Positions 27,700 through 39,992 of a DNA stretch of 64,000 nt are shown piece after piece. Below the pieces are notes generated by a model. That model was not told where the DNA came from and made no database searches. It saw only the letters and a list, made by a program, of their open reading frames with translations. The translations under genes and the position numbers were made by a program. Positions within the stretch are counted from its first letter, which is position 1; each line of letters begins with the position of its first letter. Source of the DNA: Octopus sinensis (taxonomy: Eukaryota); NCBI RefSeq assembly GCF_006345805.1, contig NC_043000.1, positions 54,312,001 through 54,376,000 of the forward strand. The letters are read 5' to 3'.

Positions 27700-30600
27700 T
27701 AGTTTGGAAGATAAAAACTTAGTGCATCATTTTAACCATAATCAATTGACATGATGCCACATATGAAAATATATTTACTTCAAGTACTTTATTGTGGAAA
27801 TTCACAATCTATTACTGATTATCACAGTTTTTTTAAAAAAGAAACTGAGACTTCTAACTATAGTAGCAAACTACACTCAACTTTTAAAACCTACTTGGAT
27901 GATAAGGAGCAACGAAGGTAATCCTAAGTGTTTTATCAAATGGTTGTGATCACAAAATGAAAAGAAAATGCTGAAGCTAGCTGAAGGGAAAAAATTCTTA
28001 TTCTGAAGTTTTCTCTCGTTATTCACTTGAGATTTTATCTTTAAATTCTAAAATTGGACAACTACAATGATATAGATTGTATGCTTAGATACTATCCATG
28101 ACAGAATATTTCAGGTAACAACGTATAAATTGTCTCCAACAAAAACTTTAATAAACAAATCAGCCGTCCGGAGATTTTTCATCTACTTGGCATATTGCAA
28201 CATTAATGGCCCACTCAGATAAAAGAATCAATAGTGTGCATAAATACAAATTTAGTACCAGTAAGTGATGCCTTCTTTTTTGGTTATTTCCTAAAATAAT
28301 GTGAAGGACACCCTTGCAAATTCACTGAAGCTTATCTTTCAAACATTTATGGATGCTGAGAAGCTATCATCTCTGCAAAAAGTAAGTCATATTACATTGA
28401 TTCACTAAAGAAATCAGGCAAGTAATTGAAACGTCTGTCACATATACCTCACCATCCTGTTTTAGGAGACATCTTTTTTTAAAAAAAAAGAAAAACTATT
28501 AACCTTTTGGATAAAAATAACATCTTCACCTACACTCAAAATTGTTTTGTACTAATAGGTGCCAAACTTAAAACTTTTGATTTTCAATGATCTAAAGAAG
28601 TTTTACAAATGATTCTCCTTAACGCAAAGAAGTATGTTATTTATATTTACTTCCTACTAAGACTTAGACAAAATTAATTAGAATTGTCTGTAATTGTATA
28701 TTTGAAAATATCTAATATATTTAACTGAAATCCTTGACAGAACTGAATGTTAGTTAGTTTTGCATTTCTTACATGTTGAAAGACATATGTTTGTCTGTAT
28801 AATTGTCCCTTCACCCATCCTACCATCTCTCTCTCTCTCTCTCTCTTTACCTATCAATCTATTCACATATACACACACACACACACACACACATAGGTAT
28901 ATATATAGAGGCGTAGGAGTGGCTGTGTGGTAAGTAGCTTGCTAACCAACCACATGGTTCTGGGTTCAGTCCCACTGCGTGGCATCTTGGGCAAGTGTCT
29001 TTTGCTATAGCCCCGAGCTGACCAATGCCTTGTAAGGGGATTTGGTAGATGGAAACTGAAAGAAGCCTGTCGTATATATGTATATATATATATAGATGTA
29101 TGTATGTGTTTGTGTGTCTGTGTTTGTCCCACTAGCATTGCTTGACAACCAATGCTGGTGTCTCTACGTCCCTGTCACTTAGCGGTTCGGCAAAAGAGAC
29201 CGATAGAATAAGTACTGGGCTTACAAAGACTAAGTCCTGGGGTCGATTTGCTCGACTAAAGGTGGTGCTCCAGCATGGCCACAGTCAAAAATCTGAAACA
29301 AGTAAAAGAGTAAAGAGAAAAGAGAGTATCCATATCAATCAGGATATGGGCATCTGCACTTTTACACATACAACATAAGCGAGATATTACATATGATACA
29401 TGCCATTTTTATATATTATATATTATATCATACATTCATATATAAAGAAAATTAATGTTCTTAGCTGTATGCCACATTTGATTGGCTCCTATACAATTTG
29501 TTGCAATTCTCAAGTTGGGATATTTCCTCCTTAATGGTGAGTGTGTATGCAGCCTTATATGCAAAATCATTTATTGAGGCAAACCTAAACAACAAAAATA
29601 CAACTATTAAGAACAAACTAACACTTGCATACCATTATTTCTTGAATTCGCAACATTATTAATATATCTTGATATTTATTGTAATAGTGATTAGGTACAG
29701 GTGTGACTATGTGGTTAAGAGGCTTGCTTTCCAGCCATGTGATCTTCATTTCAGTCTTACTGCATGGCACCACAGGCAAGTATCTTCTACTATAGCTCAA
29801 GGAAACTGAAAGAAGCCTTTCGCATCTATCACAGTCACTAACACACACAAACACACACAAGCACACACACACACGAACACACAAACACAAACACAAACAC
29901 ACACACACACACACTGAATAGTGATAATCTAAGGATTAATGCTATCTTTAATCATTAAAAGTGTTTTCATATATTGAAAGTAAACTTAGGTAATAATTTA
30001 TGTGGCCCCTTCATTGCTTCAGATCTGAAGCTTGGCATACTTTGGAGCCTACTGATATATCAATATATGATTTACTCATTAATACAATTTATTAACATAA
30101 TTACACAAATATAGCTGATAAGAGAAGAGGGTAGGGATGTGAAATGACAAGAAGATAGACTAATAGATAGACAATAGTTTTATCCATGTTCTTATATTTG
30201 GTTGTTTGAACTTTTCCATGTAAGGAAATTGCTGAAAACATGAGCAGGAAGTTATACACAAGTTATAATTGTGGGAATCTTACTCACAGGAGATGAATGG
30301 AAGAGGACTGGCTTGAACATTTTTTTTATTTCTTTATTGCTCACAAGGGGCTAAACATAGAGGGGACAAACACAGGGATTAAGTCGATAGCATCGACCCC
30401 AGTGTGTAACTGATATTTTTTAATCGGAATTTGAACTCCGAACGTAACGGCAGACGAAATACCGTTAAGCATTTCGCCTGGCATGCTAATGTTTCTGCCA
30501 GATTTGATTGATCAAGTCTCAGGTGATAGGAACCTCAGTAGGGAACAGCTGCCAAAAATAATGGGAAATCAAGAATTGAGGAGAAGACATTGTCAGGAAT

Positions 30601-31354
30601 GTCCAATCATGGCTCCAATGATGATGTACGGCTATTGTAATGAAAATGCTTGCTGGTTCAGTGCATATATATTTGTAGACTTGCTGGACGATGAATATAC
30701 CTTTGGATTGTTCATTGAGTATTTACATCATTTTGCTGATTATTTGCAGTGAATAATCCACTTCATTCAAGTGATAATATATTTTATGGAGCATCGAAAC
30801 TGCTTAAATTCTGAAAAGTTAGGTGGATTTCTATGGTTTTAGCAGCCAAGGTTTCTTTTCTAGCTTTCATCTCTGTTTTTCCCCCTTTCCAAGAAAGTTT
30901 CATATGATATTTGCAGCATCTGTGGGCAGTACTTTAAAATGGTAATTTTCTTACCTGCTGTCTATGTAAACAGTTCAAGATTATTTTTCTCTCTCTTCAT
31001 GATTATCTTATCTCTAGGGATGATATTTCTTTGAACACAGTCAAATATTTACATTGGAATATGTTTAATTCATATAGCATGAAATATTTACATAAATACT
31101 TTCAGTTTTATGTAATTGTCTTTCATAAACAGGGTTGAATGCACTTTATCTTACATATTTCATTCTCTATTGATTTTTATTGTGCCTTGTTGAAATTCAG
31201 CTTTGGAAATTTTAGTGTCTTTCACTAGTGTAATATGTAAATTTAGCTACAAGATTACATTGGAACATTAGTAATTTTAAAACATTATGATCGGAATAGA
31301 GTACAATAATTATATTTACATCATGGAGTGTATACATACATAATTACATACATA

Positions 31355-31398
<44 letters not shown>

Positions 31399-32557
31399 CA
31401 CACACAGACATATATATATATATATACATACTTATATATATATAAATGTATGTATATGTCTTTGTATGGGGGCATGCATGTATATATATATATAAATATT
31501 CTTTTACTTGTTTCAAACATTTGACTGTGGTCATGCTGGAGCACCACATTAATGGATTTTAGTCGAATAAATCGACCCCAGGATTTATTCATTGTAAGCT
31601 AATACTTATTCTATCACTCTCTTTTGCTGAACCACTAGATCACAGGGATGTAAACACTGCAACATTAGTGGTCAAGCAATGAACACAGAATAGCTGTAGA
31701 AACAACTGAGAAGATTGGGAAAATTACCTTAAAGGGTGGTAAGAGAATTGAACCTTGCATTTCTGATATTCCAACTGAATGCTAGTTATTATAGACTGCA
31801 TTTGTTGACAGGTATTTCTCAGTTTATTGGTACAGATTTCACCAACCTAAACCTGTTTACAAATAATGTAATATTACCCCATGAAGGGAAGAAAGCTGGC
31901 AGTATTAGCGGTATTTCATCTGCCACTGCGTTCTGAGTTCAAATTCCGCCGAGGTCAACTTTGCCTTTCATTCTTTCAGGATCAATTAAATAAGTACCAG
32001 TTATGCACTAGGGTCGATGCAATCGTCTTAATCCGATGTAATCGACTTGTCCTTGTTTGTCTCCTCTGTGTTTAGCCCCTTGTGGGTAGTAAAGTCTGTC
32101 TTTACGTTCTGAGTTCAAATTCTACCGTGTTCAACTTTGCCTTTCATCCTCTTGGGGGTTGATAAATTGAGTACCACTTGTTGATCTAATTGACTGGCCC
32201 CTGCCCCCAAAATCTCAGGCCCTGTACCTAGCGTAGGAATGAGTATTCCCCCATGACTAGTCATATTTTTACAGATGATTTGGAAATGAATGACATTCCT
32301 TGTATGTCAGTGACACTTGATTAGTGTGATATCAAGTCAAAAAGACAGTAACATACATGCATATATATACACATATACAATTACTTTCTAATAAATCCTT
32401 TCCATTCATAAGGCTTACTTGCCCAAGGTGGCATTTAGTCGGACTGAACATGAAATCTAGAGGTCAGAAAGCAAGCAACCCTTACCACAGACCCGTGCCT
32501 GTGCCTACATACATATATTATTGAATATGGGTGTGTATGTATGTATGTATATATATG

Positions 32558-32613
<56 letters not shown>

Positions 32614-32702
32614 ATATATATACAAAGGGAGAGGAGGAATAGATATTGATATTTATAATTATATATATACACATATTTCTATCTATATATCTATCTATCT
32701 AC

Positions 32703-32796
<94 letters not shown>

Positions 32797-34375
32797 GTCT
32801 CTCTCTCTTTCTCTCTCTCTCTCCCTCTATATATATATATATATATACTTTATTTAAAAGCAGCAGAAATTCAACAAAACCTGTTTCTCGGAGAGTTTCA
32901 CGTTCCCGTTCGTCATGTCTGAACGTGAAACTCCGAGTAACAGGTTTTGTTGAATTTGTACTGCTTTTAAATAAAGCATATTACTCTACCCCTGCTATTT
33001 GAGTACTCTTTTCTCCACCTTGTTTCACATTTATGTGTTTACTCCGGTATATATATATATATATCTATATATATATAAATACACACACACATGCACACAC
33101 ACACACAAACACACACACATATGTATGTATTAAAGTAGATAAGTATACCTATAAAATATATTAGTTCACTTAGAACATGCCACAAGTTTAGGGTTCTGTG
33201 CTATTGCAATATGTATTAGGAATACCCCTGGTGTCTTTATAACCATCAGTACTTTCCAGTCACTATGCCATTACACAAATCTGGTTATTAGCTTTCATGT
33301 GTTTGCATACCTCCAATTGAAAATCAATATGCTGCAATTTTATGTTGATCCCTATTGCATTGGTTTTGATGTATTTTTATTTAGGCGCAACAGAACAGCT
33401 ATCTAATACTTTGTTTTGTTCTTGGAATATTCTCCAAGTAGTGATTTGCATCCTGCAGTAATGTTCTGAGGATGCATATCTTCCACACTAAAAGCATTCA
33501 ACTGTGAAACTCACTGGCGGATATTGACCCTGGATGGAAGTACATCAGAAACTGCTCCAATAAGGACATACAAACTAGCTGCTTCCAATTACCATAAACT
33601 GTCCAATGATAGCTTACTTACATACATATATATATACCTATATACATACAGGAAGAGAAAAGATGAAAAAAAAACACATGATTATAGGATTAAAGAGTGT
33701 ATTATTGTCATAATAACAAAAATATACACTCGTGTACAAAATAAGATTTAGTTTTTTCAACATATTTAAAGTAAGACCCAGTTTCGCTCCCAATCTGTTA
33801 GAATGATCAGAATTCTATTTCAGACAAGGGCAAATATTCAAAATCAAATCTAGTTTCACTTGTGCATCCCAAAACCTTATTTACATAATCAGATGCTCAG
33901 GTTGCCATCGGAGATTTATTGGTTTGGCAGGAATGTCGATCAGACAGAGGTGTACAGTCCACAGACAACAAATATCCACCCAACAATATCGCCAAATATA
34001 TCTCAGTCAACACATTGACAAATCTGCAGAACGATTACAACCACAATTCGTAGTTTTCCCGTTTATCAACTTGCTTTCTGGACCTCAACACAAGTAAGAC
34101 TGAATGAAGAAGCCTCATTTATCCAAAAATATAAACCAGAATTAGATATGAATCCATATTAAAAATAAAAGACTTACCCAGTTCTATATTTAAGAGATGA
34201 ATAATTATATACATTATTTATATTGTTTACATTATTTACATTTGATGGATATTTGTCCTCATCTTATTGTTAACACAATGTTTTGGCTGATATACCCTCC
34301 AGCCTTTATCAGGTGCCTTGGGGAAATTTTGAACCTGGGTTCTCATTCCAAAGGTATTTTTCGATGTTGTTGTTG

Positions 34376-34427
<52 letters not shown>

Positions 34428-34865
34428 TATTATTACTCAGGTCAATGCTTGGAATCGAACTCAGAATCTTGGGGTTAGTAGTCCACACTATTAACCACTA
34501 CGTCATATGCCCCTTCTATTGTAAGATATAAGTTAGAATAAAATACAGACCAAAAATTAAAATTCCAGATTTACCTCCCCTTAACTGTAAAATAAATGAG
34601 TGAACACTTATCATTCCTAGTAATATGTCTTCTCCCTTGCAATATGTCTACTTTTCAACCCTAAGCTTGATGAGCAATGCGAAACCAGTTCTTTCTTTAA
34701 TTATGCTGAAAGAAAAATATCTTATTATGAACAAAATTGTATATCTTTATTATTATGACTCTAATACACTCCTTCATCCTATAAAACAAATCTGTGTTTT
34801 TTCAACTTTTCTCTTTCTGCATATATCCAACGACATTTGTTCCTCCTCTAAAATATTTTCTACCT

Positions 34866-34901
<36 letters not shown>

Positions 34902-35116
34902 GGGGGGCACAAGCATGGCTGTCCAACCATATGAGTATGAATTCGTGTTCAGTTCAATTTCATGGCAACTTGGGCAAGTGTCCCTTGCTAATGCCCCTGG
35001 TTAGCCAATGCTATGTACATAAATTTGACAGGCTGAAATTGTTATATATATATATGTGTGTGTAGATGCCTATTATATGTATGTATGTGTATATATAGTT
35101 AGATTGATAGATAGAC

Positions 35117-35164
<48 letters not shown>

Positions 35165-35511
35165 GTGTATAAGTATATAAGGAAGCATTGACACCTGTGG
35201 GGTAACTTTGAGGTTTGTTTATATCTAGCAGCTTGGCAGTTCAACATTGAAATCAGGTGAAAATGTACTGATTTTGAAAAGTAATTAGTGTAGCTTTGAG
35301 GAAGAGCACTCTGCCATTTAATATTTCCTCAGAATTTTAATGCAGCCAGTGGTATTATGGAAAAAGTAGACTTAAAAATGATATCACCCAAGTATTTTTG
35401 TGTGGAATATGTATGTTTTTGTGTCTTTAAGTTTGAGTGGTTGAGTGTATGCATGTGTATGTTTGCATGTGTATGTGCATGTATCTGTTTACAGATATAT
35501 ATGTATGTTTA

Positions 35512-35561
<50 letters not shown>

Positions 35562-35578
35562 CATACATTTATATATAT

Positions 35579-35609
<31 letters not shown>

Positions 35610-38600
35610 GCATACAGGAGTTCTTTCATGGTTATAGACTAACAGGATTTGAAATATTATATCTCTCACCCCATATATATGCACACAACCCCTCTCACAC
35701 TTGTGTATGCATGTCTGTATGTATATGCATATAGGTGTGTATGAAATTATATGTATCAGTGTAAAATTTTTTTGTAAAATTATGTTAAACATGCCATGTT
35801 TCATAAAGCACAATAGAAAAACCAATATTGATTTTCAATAATCAATATAGTGAATATGCTTAAACATTTAGCAGCCAATTGAAACTAAACAATAAAAATA
35901 TGTTAATCATGTGCAAAAACAATTATTTTATCCTTACATCTACAAAAGAGTGGTGTTGCAAATTTGGGTTGATGGAATGATTAGTAAAGTGTAAAATGTG
36001 AAAACTGTGATATTTAGCAGAAGATAACATCAACATGTAAGGTTAATGTTTCAGAGCACATTGGTGCATGAAACAAGTGCTTAGTATACAGTTAGTTTTC
36101 GTGGAGTCATAAGTAAATTAGAGTCAATTTTAATGATCCACTTTTGATTGGTGCTGGTATTTAGCCATGTTGCTAAGATGAAAGCCCTTGAAATAAAAAG
36201 AACAAGTACAAATATGAACATTACATTTGAGGCTTAGATTTTAAAGATTTTTGTGTTAATTTTGATATCACTCTTGGGTTTAGTCTGGTGTCTAGGACAC
36301 CAGATATTTTGATGTTGTTTAACCCCATGTCACCCTTGTCTATTATTTAAGACATCATACCTTTCATTTCCCCATGTATTTATATTTATTTCCTCTTCTA
36401 CATTATCCAATATCATTTCTTAAATATTTAGCCTTTTAGCACTCAGATTACACTGTTAACCCTTTCATTACTGTATTTATTTTGAGACGCTTTGCGTATC
36501 TTTCAATTAATTTTAAATATAACAAAGAATTTAGTATAATAATTTAGTTATCATTAAACTAATGTTCGGAACATTAATTGTGGCTAAGATTTGATGGAAG
36601 GTTTGAATTCAAAACTTATGAAAACAAGACATTTGTACTACAGAGCCAGAGGCAGTTTCAGCCAGGTTGGTAACGAAAGGGTTAAATGCAGTGCTTATTT
36701 ATTCACATTCTGTCGTATTAATCATGGATTATCTCATGTCTTCAAGATTTGGTGATATGATTGTTTATTTTTAGAATGACATTGTAGTGTAAGGTTCAGA
36801 GTTTAGATTTGGCTAAGTTGAACATTAAACAGGTAGAAAATTTAGGTCACATATGGCTGGTTTAAATGCTAGGCAGTTAAGTTGGTAGGGTGTAAATTAA
36901 AGGCTCTTTAATTAAAAGCTTAATATAATTTCTGCAAAGTTTCAGTTGATGGGTTTAATTAAAGGCCTATTTGGTTGAGAAACCATGTGGTGGCTTCCTT
37001 GAGAATATAAATGATTAAGAGAGATGCATTATCCCATGTGTGGAAATAATGTTAAAATTTTTCTTAGTTCTGACCAGGATATCTTCCACATGTCATTTTG
37101 GAACTGTAATTTATGCAGTGTTGCCATGTGTAATTGAAATAAAGTATAATATGCATTTCTTTACATGAAATATTTGTGCAGTTATTTGAAGTGAATTTAA
37201 AAGGATTCAAGTACATAGGAACTCAAAAGAAAATCGAAATCATATCCCCTTTTCCAAGGCTTAATTCTTGTAATTTTAACATTCAAAAATTTTTAATTTG
37301 AAATTTGATATTGATATTGTTTTTAATCCTATGTTAATATATTTTGCATATATTTTTCTTATTATTTTATGGTGAAACTCAATAAGTTTGACCATTTGAA
37401 TTGTCTTTTCAGAGAAAACATATCTATCATTATTACAATATTAAATTACAATTAAATGTTGAGGTTTAGTGTACTATATTTCTCAGTAAGTTCCTGATCC
37501 TTTTCCTATATTTAGCACTCAGTAGTTGAATATTGTCTTTTAAGTACTCATCAGTTATCCCGAGGTTCTTTGATGTGTTTTTATGCTAGCTGCAGAAGGA
37601 AATGATCTATCTTAAATATTATTTCAATATGTTATTACTTAGTTGTGAAGGCACATGGCTCAGTGGCTAGAGCATAGAGCTTACGGTCATGAGGTTGTGA
37701 GTTTAATTCCTGAATCAGGCTGTGTGTTGTGTTCTTGAGCAAGATACTTTATTTTCATGTTGCTCCAGTTAACTCAGCCGTAGAAATGAGTTGTGATGTC
37801 ACTGGTGCCAAGCTGTATCGGCCTTTGCCTTTCCCTTGGATAACATCAGTGGTGTGGAGAGGGGATGCTGGTATGCATGGGTGACTGCTAGCCTTCCACA
37901 AACAATTTTTCCCTGACTTGTGCCTCGGAGTGTAACTTTCTAGGTGCAATCCCATGGTTATTCATGACCGAAGGGGGTCTCCTCCTCTATTACTTAGTTA
38001 TTAGCATGGGCATTCATTGTCATTATTTCACTAGAAATGACAACCCTACTATTTTGGTTCAACTACAAACATAATGTTTATTCAACAAATATTAACGTAT
38101 CCAAAAGGTGGCAAGCTGGTAGAATTGTAAGCATGCTGGATGAAATGCTTAATGGTATTTTGTCCATCTTCATGTTCTGATTTCAAATTCCTCCAGCGTC
38201 AGCTTTGCCTTTCATCTTTTCAGGGTTGATGAAATAAGCACCAGTTGAGTATTAGGGCCAATGTAATCAACTTAACTCCTCCACCAAATTTGCTGGCCTT
38301 GTACAAAAATTTGAAATCAATATTAACAGATTCAAATAAATTATAGACTAGTTTTCCTGAGCCTTCAATACTCAATTAATTTACACTATTCTTCCACATA
38401 GTTTTCCTCTTTAGTGGACCCCATTCCTTTTCATTGCAACAGGCAATGACATTGTTCCTGATCATAAAAATAACCTCATTATTTTCAATTTCATTAATTA
38501 GTTAATTGACTATTGTTACACTGAACCATGTTAATGCTACAATAAGTTTTCCCATATTATTAATTAATTTTCTTATCTTAACAGTTGAAGTTTTATGTTG

Positions 38601-39584
38601 ATAAGATATCCTTGTTTCATTCACACTCAATTAGTATCAAGCTCTTATTAATTGTTAATACCAATTATCCTGTAATGAATTCTTGAATAATTTATATCAG
38701 TCAATCATTACAATCTACTTACAGTCTAAATAATTCCAGACTCATTTTGCCTAGTATTACTGTCAATTAGAACACAATCAAGTGACAGAGAACTGTTTCA
38801 AGTATTTTTGCAACTGTCCAGATTTATCTTTACCTTGCTTCAGTCATTGTTTCAATGCTGGGGCACTGTCTTGAAGTCTTTTAGTTGAATGAATTGACCC
38901 AAGTACTTTCTTTTTTAATATTGGTCTCTATAGCCAAACTACTAATTTATGGGGACATAACCAAACCAACACTGGTTGTCAAGATGTAGTATGGGATAAA
39001 AATAAGACCAAAGTCACACACATGTATAAACGTATTCACGCATACACACACACACACTCACATATAAATGTGATAGGTTCTTTTCAGTTTCCGTCTAGCA
39101 AATTCACTCACAAGGCTTTGGTCAACTGGTGCTATAGTAAAGAACACTTGCCCAAAGTACATAATAGTGGGACTGAACATGGAACCATGTAGTAGGGAAA
39201 CAAACTTCTTAACCCATATGTATGCTTTTTCCTATACGAAGCTTTTCAGTTATTATAGCATGGAAAAAGTCAAACATGAACAAACTACTGAAGGAAATTT
39301 TTCTAACAAGTCATGTAACTTTTTAGAAACACCATAAAAATAGGGCCTATTGACTCTATGGCAAAGAAAAGCACACTGGATTATGTAGTTATGGTAACAA
39401 TGTTTAAAAAACCTGGGATGGCCATGTCTACAATGTCTTTCATCATACTTTTTCTTGATAAGAACCAGCCTAGAGGTGAAACAAGTGTAATAAGAATTTA
39501 ATGTAAAATACACGGGCATATGGTGTAGTGGTTAAGAGCACAGGCTACTAACCTCAAGATTCTGAGTTCGATTCCATGCAGTGA

Positions 39585-39635
<51 letters not shown>

Positions 39636-39722
39636 TAATAATAACAATGATGATGATGATAATAATAATAATAATAATAATATAATAATAATAATAATAA
39701 TAATATAATAACAATGATGATG

Positions 39723-39765
<43 letters not shown>

Positions 39766-39880
39766 AATGATGATGATGATGATGATAATAATAATAATAA
39801 TAATAATAACAATGATGATGATGATAATAATAATAATAATAATGATAATAATAATAATAATAACGATGATGATGATGATG

Positions 39881-39926
<46 letters not shown>

Positions 39927-39943
39927 TGATGATGATGATGATG

Positions 39944-39992
<49 letters not shown>

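Noticed and set aside
30483-30752. 89-aa ORF overlapping a SINE end
   Set aside because: No recognisable domain; within chance length.
33405-33575. Minus-strand frame with a single in-frame TGA (possible selenocysteine)
   Set aside because: No SECIS or redox motif seen; consistent with chance.
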